NCBI GenBank assembly: GCA_002335495.1
Contig: DDBW01000014.1
Coordinates: 9,831 to 73,830 of the forward strand
Reading direction: 5' to 3'
DNA from: Candidatus Dojkabacteria bacterium UBA2022
GTDB lineage: Bacteria; Patescibacteriota; Dojkabacteria; SC72
Length of the DNA stretch: 64,000 bases
Shown here: piece after piece, positions 56,427-64,000 of the stretch
Layout: the number at the start of each line of letters is the position of its first letter
How positions within the stretch are numbered: the stretch's first letter is position 1
The notes under the pieces: model-generated
What the model was told of the DNA's origin: nothing
Seen by the model: the letters and a program-made list of their open reading frames with translations, nothing else
Database searches by the model: none
Position numbers and translations under genes: made by a program

Positions 56427-56619
56427 AAAAACAGCAATAAAGAGGTTCAGAAAGAGCAATCCTAAAGGAAATAGAAGGTCAAAGATTCTATACTCAAAGA
56501 CAGCTCAGCACCACCTTATGACGAAGAGATCCAAGAGAGTAAAGCGAAGAAAGCCTAATAAAGCTGTTGCAACAAAGAGCAACACAAAAAGAATTAGACA
56601 AATAATTAAGAACATATAA
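56407..56619 (+). CDS. rpmI: 50S ribosomal protein L35
   Basis: 70-aa basic protein MARQRTRKTAIKRFRK sitting between infC and rplT. Confidence 0.7.
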   Translation: MARQRTRKTAIKRFRKSNPKGNRRSKILYSKTAQHHLMTKRSKRVKRRKPNKAVATKSNTKRIRQIIKNI

Positions 56620-56623
56620 AACC

Positions 56624-56962
56624 ATGAGAGTAGCAACCGGAAACGTAAGAAGAAGAAGACATAAAAAAGTGTTAGCCGCAACAAAGGGCTACAGAATGAC
56701 AAAGAATAGATTGTATAAGGTTGCACATGAGGCTTTCATGCACGCAGGTCAATACTCATACAACGACAGACAGAAAAGAACATCTCAGATGAGAGAGCTT
56801 TGGATTAAAAGAATTAATGCAGCAGCCCAGCTAAACGGAATGACATACTCTGTGTTCATGGACAAGGTAAAGAAATCAAACATTGCATTAAACAAGAAGA
56901 TGCTTGCAGATATTGCATTTGATTCTCCAGAGGTATTTTCACAGATTGTAAAATCATTTTAG
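56624..56962 (+). CDS. rplT: 50S ribosomal protein L20
   Basis: N-terminal basic segment ending KGYRM, then AGQYSYNDRQKRTSQMRELWIKRINAAA, typical of bL20. Confidence 0.85.
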   Translation: MRVATGNVRRRRHKKVLAATKGYRMTKNRLYKVAHEAFMHAGQYSYNDRQKRTSQMRELWIKRINAAAQLNGMTYSVFMDKVKKSNIALNKKMLADIAFDSPEVFSQIVKSF

Positions 56963-57010
56963 GTTATACAAATAAGCCCTAAATGATGTATACTGATTAC
57001 ATCTAAGGGT

Positions 57011-58066
57011 GTGTTAAAGCTATATATGGAATTTAAAAACCAAGCCATACAAGAGGCGTATAAACAGTTCGAAACTGATTCACTCAAACTTTCATTGGAA
57101 GATTTAAAACACGCATATAAGAAGGGAAGTACATTCTTCAAAGATATCTATGCCCAGATTAAGAATATCACTGGTGATCAAAAAAAAGAATACGGATACG
57201 AGGCTAACACCCTTGCCAATTACATTGAAGAGAAGATTAACCAGCTTCAGCTATTATCCGAAGTATCCAATAAAGGAAAGGAGTATCTAGACCCAACAGC
57301 TCCATTTGATTTAAACGAAAACAGTTCAGCGAGATTAGTTCCAACAGATTTAGAAGGTACTAAAAACCCTCTAACACAAGAGATGGAAAAGGTATTGAGC
57401 ATTTTCAAAAGGATGGGCTTTGACATTATAGAATCAAGACAGCTTGATGACGATTATCATATGTTCGAAACTTTAAATATACCCAAAGGGCATCCGGCGA
57501 GAGATATCTGGGATACCTTCTGGACCCAGGAAGGATTAATTCCTCCAGCACACACATCTACGATGCAAAACAGGGCGATGAGACTCAAGGGTAAGCCACC
57601 AATCAGATATGTCATACCAGGTAGATGCTACCGGAACGAGGCTACCGATGCATCCCACGAACATACTTTCTACCAAATAGAAGGTGTTTATGTTGATAAA
57701 AACATATCACTGGGAGATATGCTAGGAACAATTAAAACATATCTTGAAGCTTTCTTCGAAATGGATCTGGATATTAAAGTACAACCAGCATACTTCCCAT
57801 TCACAGAGCCCGATATGGAATTCATGATTTCATGCCCATTCTGCCGAAAAACAGGATGTAAAGTATGTAAGTACTCAGGTTGGATGGAAATAATGGGATG
57901 CGGAGTAATCAATCCTTTTGTGTTACAAGAGGCTGGAATCGATCCGAAAGAGTACTCAGGTTTTGCTTGGGGATTCGGCTTGGACCGTCTTGTTATGATC
58001 AAAAATGGAGTTCAAGATATCAGGAGATTCCATAGCGGAGACCTTAATTTCTTAAAGCAGTTCTAA
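57011..58066 (+). CDS. pheS: phenylalanine--tRNA ligase alpha subunit
   Basis: Class II motifs including FPFTEP and the GFAWGFGLDR C-terminal motif. Confidence 0.9.
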   Translation: MLKLYMEFKNQAIQEAYKQFETDSLKLSLEDLKHAYKKGSTFFKDIYAQIKNITGDQKKEYGYEANTLANYIEEKINQLQLLSEVSNKGKEYLDPTAPFDLNENSSARLVPTDLEGTKNPLTQEMEKVLSIFKRMGFDIIESRQLDDDYHMFETLNIPKGHPARDIWDTFWTQEGLIPPAHTSTMQNRAMRLKGKPPIRYVIPGRCYRNEATDASHEHTFYQIEGVYVDKNISLGDMLGTIKTYLEAFFEMDLDIKVQPAYFPFTEPDMEFMISCPFCRKTGCKVCKYSGWMEIMGCGVINPFVLQEAGIDPKEYSGFAWGFGLDRLVMIKNGVQDIRRFHSGDLNFLKQF

Positions 58067-60532
58067 ATGTACATACCACTAAACTGGATAAAAGAATATA
58101 CAGATGTAAACCTAACCAATGAGGAACTCGTAGAAGAGGTTTCCACGAAAATTGGAGCTGTAGAGGAAGTTAAAGACCTTTCAGAAAAATACAAAGACAT
58201 ATTAACGGCCGAGATTATAGAAGTAAATGACCACCCAAATGCAGATAAACTAGGAGTTTATAAAATTTCAATTGGAAAAGATAAAACTGTTCAGGTTGTA
58301 GCTGGAGACAAAACTTTGAAGGTCGGGGAGAAAGTCGCATACTTTGCCCCTGGAGTTAAAGTTCCATATAACTCTCATCCTGAAAAATACGATGGTATTG
58401 TTACAAAAGTCTCTCTTAGAGGAGTAGATTCAGAGGGAATGCTCGCATCAGAAAGGGAACTTGATCTTGGAGCAGATCATAATAAAGTAATGAGACTAGA
58501 TGCAAATATAGAACCTGGCCAGTTGCTTGCCGAGGTATTCGGCTTAAATGATGTAGTATTGGATATCGAAAATAAAGCATTGGCAAACCGAGGAGACCTC
58601 TTCGGCATTCTTGGGATTGCGAGAGAGCTTTCTGGAATTCAGGGGAAGAAATTTCAATCACCTGACTGGTACTCAACTAAGACAGATAAATATAACGGGG
58701 ATATAAAAGTAACCATAAAGAATGAGATAGATGCATACTGCAAGAGATATATGGCAGTTGTAATGGACGGCGTTCAAGTGATGGAATCACCGGTTTGGAT
58801 GAAAGTAGCCCTCTCAAAAGTTGGGATTAGACCGATTAACAATGTTGTAGACATAACAAACTATGCCATGTATCTGACCTCACAACCCCTTCATGCATTT
58901 GACCTTGATAAGGTATTAAAAGTATCAGGTAAAGATGAAGCTGAAATTCTGGTAAGGCTGGCTAAAGAAGGAGAAACCATTACTACTCTTGATGGTAAAA
59001 CGGTTGAATTAGATACAAATACAATGGTAATTACGGATGGAAGAAACCCAATCGCAATTGCCGGTGTAATGGGAGGACAGAGCACTGAGGTAGATAGTAA
59101 CACGAAGAGAATTCTAATCGAATGCGCAAGTTTTGATAGATACAACATAAGAAAGACTTCGATGAGACTTGGATTATTCACAGAAGCGGTAACCAGATTT
59201 ACTAAAGCTCTAGATCCAAATCATTGCGAAGGAGTGCTGGTAAAAACAATAGATATGATTAATGACCTTGCGAAAGGAAAGGTGGCGAGCAAGGTATTTG
59301 ACGAGTATGCCCAACCTGTATCAGCAAAAACTATCAACTTTACTACCAATCGATTAAATACCATTCTTGGAATATCATTATCCCCAGAACAAGTTAAACA
59401 ATACCTTGAAAATATTGAATACCAAATTCAGGTAAACGGAGATGAAATTATTGCAACAGTACCAACCTTTAGGCAGGATATTGGAGTAGAGGAGGATATC
59501 TATGAAGACGTTGGCAGACACTATGGTTACAATAATATAACCCCAACCCTTCCTTCAAAACCAATACTACCAAATTCTATAAATCCAATGCTTGAGTTTA
59601 AAACCAAGCTAAGGGAGATAATGACACGTTTAGGAGGTAATGAGTTGCTCACCTACAACTTCACAGATGCCAAGGTGTTTGAGAAATACAACATATCCTT
59701 GGACACTTCGTATAAGATTATCAACCCTCTCTCACCAGAGCTAGAGTATATGCGTTATGATCTATTACCATCTCTACTTGAAAAAGTGGTAGTAAATGTA
59801 GAGCAGGGATACAACAAGTTCATGCTCTATGAACTAAACAAGGGACACAGTAAAGCTCAGGAGGATTTTGACCCTACAGAGAGCCTTCCAAAGGAGCGCG
59901 AGTATCTTGGGGCTACCATTGTTAACCCAGATTACAAAGGAAGACCATACTACACGGCAAAAGCAGTACTTGAAAAACTTCTCTCAAAGTTAAATGTAAA
60001 AACCTACGATCTTGTACTACTAAAGGATTTACCAACCCCAACAAAGGCATGGATTGATAGGATGAGTGACTTCTTGGACATAGACAGAACAGCAGCTCTA
60101 ATAATAAATCAGGAGTACGTGGGGGTAGTAGGGGAGGTACATGCCCACATTCTCAGTAAAGCCAAGCTTCCTGCATACACTTCTATATTAGAACTAGACC
60201 TTGGAGTTCTAATCAACTACACCAAAGACAGCTACGGATATATCGAGCCTTCTAGGTACCCTAGAACGATCCAGGACTTCTGTTTTGAACTCCCTCTTGA
60301 AGTTAGGTATAAAGATCTTGAGAAACTAGTGAGTAAGATAGTCACAGATGTAGATTATGTATTTACAATCTCCCCAATTGATATCTTCCATAAAGAGGAA
60401 AGCGATAAAAAGCGTATTACATTGAGACTATCGTTACAGCATAGAGATAGAACATTAACACAGTACGATATAACTCAGCTTAGAAACACCCTTTCTAAAG
60501 AATCAGAATTACTCGGCGGAAAGATAGTTTAA
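58067..60532 (+). CDS. pheT: phenylalanine--tRNA ligase beta subunit
   Basis: 821 aa, with B3/4, B5 and FDX-ACB-like C-terminal domains. It immediately follows pheS. Confidence 0.85.
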   Translation: MYIPLNWIKEYTDVNLTNEELVEEVSTKIGAVEEVKDLSEKYKDILTAEIIEVNDHPNADKLGVYKISIGKDKTVQVVAGDKTLKVGEKVAYFAPGVKVPYNSHPEKYDGIVTKVSLRGVDSEGMLASERELDLGADHNKVMRLDANIEPGQLLAEVFGLNDVVLDIENKALANRGDLFGILGIARELSGIQGKKFQSPDWYSTKTDKYNGDIKVTIKNEIDAYCKRYMAVVMDGVQVMESPVWMKVALSKVGIRPINNVVDITNYAMYLTSQPLHAFDLDKVLKVSGKDEAEILVRLAKEGETITTLDGKTVELDTNTMVITDGRNPIAIAGVMGGQSTEVDSNTKRILIECASFDRYNIRKTSMRLGLFTEAVTRFTKALDPNHCEGVLVKTIDMINDLAKGKVASKVFDEYAQPVSAKTINFTTNRLNTILGISLSPEQVKQYLENIEYQIQVNGDEIIATVPTFRQDIGVEEDIYEDVGRHYGYNNITPTLPSKPILPNSINPMLEFKTKLREIMTRLGGNELLTYNFTDAKVFEKYNISLDTSYKIINPLSPELEYMRYDLLPSLLEKVVVNVEQGYNKFMLYELNKGHSKAQEDFDPTESLPKEREYLGATIVNPDYKGRPYYTAKAVLEKLLSKLNVKTYDLVLLKDLPTPTKAWIDRMSDFLDIDRTAALIINQEYVGVVGEVHAHILSKAKLPAYTSILELDLGVLINYTKDSYGYIEPSRYPRTIQDFCFELPLEVRYKDLEKLVSKIVTDVDYVFTISPIDIFHKEESDKKRITLRLSLQHRDRTLTQYDITQLRNTLSKESELLGGKIV

Positions 60533-61074
60533 ACGTCCCCACAATTCTCCATAATCATTAATGAGTGGCAGTAATCTGCGTAGCTTTCATCGACAACTCC
60601 TTGTTCAATAATAAAAGCGACTCCTTGAGCAATATACTGAGCAGCCTCATCTGCTCCTTCAGAATTTTGAGATAATATGTATATAGCGATGAATGGAGCG
60701 GGTATTTTAAAACCCTGGTATGAGTTCATTATTTTGGGGCTAGGGGTGGGAAACAGGTTCCAGTTAAACACCGCAGGGAGTCCAAAATCATTACCTTGTG
60801 TTAAAACGTATCGAACAATTAAAGAAGGAACCGCTACAGATAGTATACTTTCTGATTGAGATATCGTATGGCTTTCTATATAGCGCAAAAGAGCATTAAT
60901 ATCTCTAAGCAAAATCATACTATCAATACAATCATTAACTTCTCTAGGAGAAAAGAAATCCCATATTCGTAAAACATCATAAATACTTGCACTCGGAAGT
61001 GTTTCCAAACCTGTGGGGCCTGTGGGTTTTAAGCTGGATCTAATACTTATTAATCCCTTAAAAATCTTTAGCAA
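60529..61074 (-). CDS. hypothetical protein
   Basis: 181-aa ORF convergent with pheT. No recognisable motifs. Confidence 0.35.
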   Translation of the reverse strand: MLKIFKGLISIRSSLKPTGPTGLETLPSASIYDVLRIWDFFSPREVNDCIDSMILLRDINALLRYIESHTISQSESILSVAVPSLIVRYVLTQGNDFGLPAVFNWNLFPTPSPKIMNSYQGFKIPAPFIAIYILSQNSEGADEAAQYIAQGVAFIIEQGVVDESYADYCHSLMIMENCGDV

Positions 61075-61099
61075 TTATACAGCTAAAAAGCCTACTGTT

Positions 61100-64000
61100 C
61101 TAGTACTTTATTGTTATAGTACTACTCTCGTAAGTATTAGCGCCATCAACTGCAACAGCCTTTACATTATAGAAGCTATTACTTGGTAAAGTACCATCTG
61201 CCCATGCAATAGACCAACTTCCACCATAAGAATTATCTTCAAAGGTATTGGAGTATCCACCACCTTGCTTGGTAATTATAAACTGGACTTTATCTATAGA
61301 ATTGTCAGATACAGAAGCTTCAAACACAATAGGTTGTAAAAGGTGAGTACTACCATTACTTGGTGAAGTAATATTAATTGAAATTACTGTTCCAGTAACG
61401 TTGATTGTAATCTGTGACTCCCCAGTTTTACCTTCGGTATCAGTTACCTTTGCTCTGAGAGTATGACTACCTACTGAGGTAGCATTTGGGACTACATAGT
61501 TAAATTCATAAGGAGCAGAAGCAATAGTTGATATCAACGCGCCGTCAAAATACAACTCAACTTGTGTAACTGAACCCTTGGCTCTAGGGTCGACCTTAAT
61601 ATTCAAGTTCCCTCCTTTAGCAACCGATGTACCATTAGCAGGAGTTATGAAGTCAACAACAGGAGCATCCCCAGGCCCAAGGGGAAGAGGACAGTCAGCT
61701 TTCTCGGGCTCCTTAAAGTATATTTTTGGATCTTTGATTGCAGATAGATACTTCTCATAACCAGTTTGCTGGAACTTATTCTCTAATTCCTTCTCTACAA
61801 CATATGCATCAACTACAAGGTTGTACTTCTTAGCCGCATCTAAGTTTGATGGGACTTTATTGTTTGCCTTACAAATACTAATCTTGGTCCTCTTATCTGG
61901 CTTAGGAGCCTTACCAGTTATGTATATAGAAGCTACCTTTTTACATGCACTATCTTTCGTGGCCATATTTCCTGTATCAGCACAAACCTGTGTAGCAACT
62001 ATTCCAGAAGGTCGAGAGAAGGTTTCAGGCTTATACTTTGTAGCCATTCTAGTCATAAAAGAACCTGCAATTGGTAGGGGAACTGTAGTACTCCATGCCC
62101 CAGGTGTTTCTACATTATTGTTATTACCAGACCAAACCGCAGTGACTAAACTTTTAGAATACATTACAGAGACAAGGTCTCTTGGACCATTAGTTGTACC
62201 AGTCTTTCCACAGAAAGTTCTCCTACCATTGTAATTATAGTGTTGCTTCTGTGGTTGATCTCCAAAGCCACCCATATCACAAAGCACCCAGTTTAGCGCA
62301 TAGATCTCTTTCTCGTCCCAAACTCTCTTCCCTTTATTTTCTTTCTTTTCTAACAAAATCTTCCCCTTGGAATCTTCAACCTTCAAAATAGACCTAATCT
62401 CTTTCTTAATTCCACCGTTTGCAAAGACAGTGTAAGCACCAGCATGCTCAAGCAAAGACATCTCAGCAGTACCAAGGGTTAAACTTAATCCATATTTATC
62501 CCTTTGAGTTAAGGTTGTAATTCCAAGCGTTTCAGCGGTTTTTATAAAGTTATCAATCCCCACCAATTGCATAGTGTAAACCGCAGGGATGTTTCTAGAT
62601 TCGAGCAACGCCTGTCTCGCAGTCATAGGACCATAATATCTGTTATCCCAGTTAGCGAGCTTATAATTACCGAAACTGAACTCTTTGATATCAGGCGTTA
62701 TCAACCATGGACCGTAACCTTGATTGAAAGCAGTGAGATAAGTATAAGGCTTGACTGACGAGCCCATCTGTCTAGGACTTATTGTAACGTTTACATTTCC
62801 ATCAATTTTGGGATCATCTATCTTGTTGTAATCAATAGATCCAACCATTGCTATAACATCACCAGACTTAGGATCAATTGAAACCATAGCTCCGTTATTA
62901 ACATTCCATTTTTTACCGTATGTAGCAATACCTTTTTTAATCTCTTCTTCAGCAATCTTTTGTACGGAAAGGTCTAGTGTAGTAGTTACCTTAAGACCTC
63001 CCTGTTCAACTCTTTCAGGGCCGTAAAGATCTACCAACTGCTGCTTTACATAGAAGACAAAGTGAGGAGCATTAATATCGATATTCTTTGATTTATAAAC
63101 AAGTTCCTCAGCTTTTGCTTTTTGAATCTCTTCCTCTGTCACGCCAGTAACATCCTTATGCTTAAGCATTTGATCTAGTACAAACTCCTGCCTTCCTTTT
63201 GAAAGATCAGGGCGAGTTCCGTAGAGTGGCGAGTATATTCCAGGACCTGTGATAATACCCGCAAGCATTGCGCTTTCAGCGAGAGTCAAGTCCTTAGCGT
63301 CTTTGCCAAAGTATGCATTTGCTGCCGACTGAAAACCGTAGTTGACACCTCCCAGAGGGATTTCGTTCATATACAGCTGAAGAATTTCATCCTTTGAGAA
63401 AGTCTGCTCCATCTGCATCGTAATAAGAATCTCTTTGATCTTTCTAGAGTATGTTTTCTCGTAAACCTCGTTTCCAATAATATCGTAAAGCAGGGTATTT
63501 TTGACTAACTGCTGGGATATTGTACTTGCCCCTCTAACAGTATCCTGCAAAACTATGTTGGTATAAGCTGACTTTGCAATAGCAGCCAAGTCTATTCCTT
63601 TGTGCTCGTAAAACTGAATATCTTCAGCAGAAAGCAATGCCCACTTTGTATGTTCAGGAATATCTTCAAGCTTAACAAACTCTCTATTTTGATCACCATA
63701 TATAGTGTAAAGAAGCTTTCCGTTTCTATCAAAAATCTGAGTACTTAGGGCAGAACTTCTATCAATTAGCTTATTTGGATCAGGTAGAGAGGCCTCCAAC
63801 TGTTTCAAGTATATTGCCCCAGCGATAATTCCAAAGAGGCCAATAAAAAAACAAACCCCAATAAATATATAGGTAGCCTTAATAAGCTTCTTTTTGAATG
63901 GAGAGGATACTGTCGACTTTCGTTTGGCCGTAGTTTGAGATCGAGGAGAAGTTGATCCAAATCGCTTTAAGTTTCTAACCCCGGAAACTACCGGCTTCCT
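61100..64000 (-). CDS. class A penicillin-binding protein (PBP1A-type glycosyltransferase plus transpeptidase) with C-terminal Ig-like/beta-sandwich extensions; its N-terminus lies beyond the window end
   Basis: GT51 motifs (EDIQFYEHKGID, RGASTISQQLVKN), a transpeptidase SxxK/KTG region (KTGTTN) and a roughly 250-aa beta-rich C-terminal tail. The frame stays open upstream of the TTG at 63808, running through a TM helix (YIFIGVCFFIGLFGIIAGAIY) to the window edge. Confidence 0.8.
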   Translation of the reverse strand, partial: RKPVVSGVRNLKRFGSTSPRSQTTAKRKSTVSSPFKKKLIKATYIFIGVCFFIGLFGIIAGAIYLKQLEASLPDPNKLIDRSSALSTQIFDRNGKLLYTIYGDQNREFVKLEDIPEHTKWALLSAEDIQFYEHKGIDLAAIAKSAYTNIVLQDTVRGASTISQQLVKNTLLYDIIGNEVYEKTYSRKIKEILITMQMEQTFSKDEILQLYMNEIPLGGVNYGFQSAANAYFGKDAKDLTLAESAMLAGIITGPGIYSPLYGTRPDLSKGRQEFVLDQMLKHKDVTGVTEEEIQKAKAEELVYKSKNIDINAPHFVFYVKQQLVDLYGPERVEQGGLKVTTTLDLSVQKIAEEEIKKGIATYGKKWNVNNGAMVSIDPKSGDVIAMVGSIDYNKIDDPKIDGNVNVTISPRQMGSSVKPYTYLTAFNQGYGPWLITPDIKEFSFGNYKLANWDNRYYGPMTARQALLESRNIPAVYTMQLVGIDNFIKTAETLGITTLTQRDKYGLSLTLGTAEMSLLEHAGAYTVFANGGIKKEIRSILKVEDSKGKILLEKKENKGKRVWDEKEIYALNWVLCDMGGFGDQPQKQHYNYNGRRTFCGKTGTTNGPRDLVSVMYSKSLVTAVWSGNNNNVETPGAWSTTVPLPIAGSFMTRMATKYKPETFSRPSGIVATQVCADTGNMATKDSACKKVASIYITGKAPKPDKRTKISICKANNKVPSNLDAAKKYNLVVDAYVVEKELENKFQQTGYEKYLSAIKDPKIYFKEPEKADCPLPLGPGDAPVVDFITPANGTSVAKGGNLNIKVDPRAKGSVTQVELYFDGALISTIASAPYEFNYVVPNATSVGSHTLRAKVTDTEGKTGESQITINVTGTVISINITSPSNGSTHLLQPIVFEASVSDNSIDKVQFIITKQGGGYSNTFEDNSYGGSWSIAWADGTLPSNSFYNVKAVAVDGANTYESSTITIKY

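Noticed and set aside
56963-57010. Possible terminator/attenuator hairpin between rplT and pheS
   Set aside because: On manual folding the two arms (GCCCTAAATGATGTA / TACATCTAAGGGTG) are not truly complementary. Only a 6-bp GATGTA/TACATC core pairs, which is too weak to call.
1-64000. CRISPR arrays, rRNA genes, IS/transposase genes
   Set aside because: No short direct repeats are regularly spaced by unique spacers. No rRNA-like conserved stretches and no transposase-like ORFs were seen on reading both strands. The only mobility enzyme is the serine recombinase.

Overview
AT-rich 64 kb window of densely packed bacterial chromosome. Gene content looks like a small-genome, CPR/Patescibacteria-type organism: a dispersed dcw cluster (mraZ-rsmH-ftsL-ftsI; ftsW-murG-mraY; a MurF-like ligase with an N-terminal membrane domain), FemAB, many rRNA/tRNA methyltransferases, a DUF360 holin-family membrane protein and a 2818-aa LamG/FN3 surface protein. 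The standard genetic code is used; TAA, TAG and TGA all terminate ORFs. Housekeeping blocks are pyk; a tyrS gene with a T-box leader; rel; recG; thrS-infC-rpmI-rplT-pheS-pheT; and PBP1A, which is truncated by the window end. Four tRNA genes were found by hand folding: His-GTG, Leu-CAG, Cys-GCA and Leu-TAA. The standout region is about 1.3-11.4 kb. It is a probable integrative element whose large serine recombinase gene overlaps the 3' end of tRNA-His. It carries one tightly packed operon of Type III res, an ABC ATPase with a C-terminal HEPN-like RNKLHH motif (PrrC/RloC-like architecture), Type III mod and an AlbA_2/Schlafen-like protein. Downstream follow a small acidic protein and a small-terminase-like HTH protein. 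I read this as an R-M system with two candidate RNA-targeting suicide modules on a mobile element. Other accessory signals: a lone KilA-N gene next to tRNA-Leu(CAG); an Erm-like rRNA adenine methyltransferase; and Gly-rich slippage-prone repeats inside the giant surface protein. No CRISPR array, reverse transcriptase, rRNA gene or transposase was seen. Every functional call is motif-level reading of the translated ORFs, without database searches.
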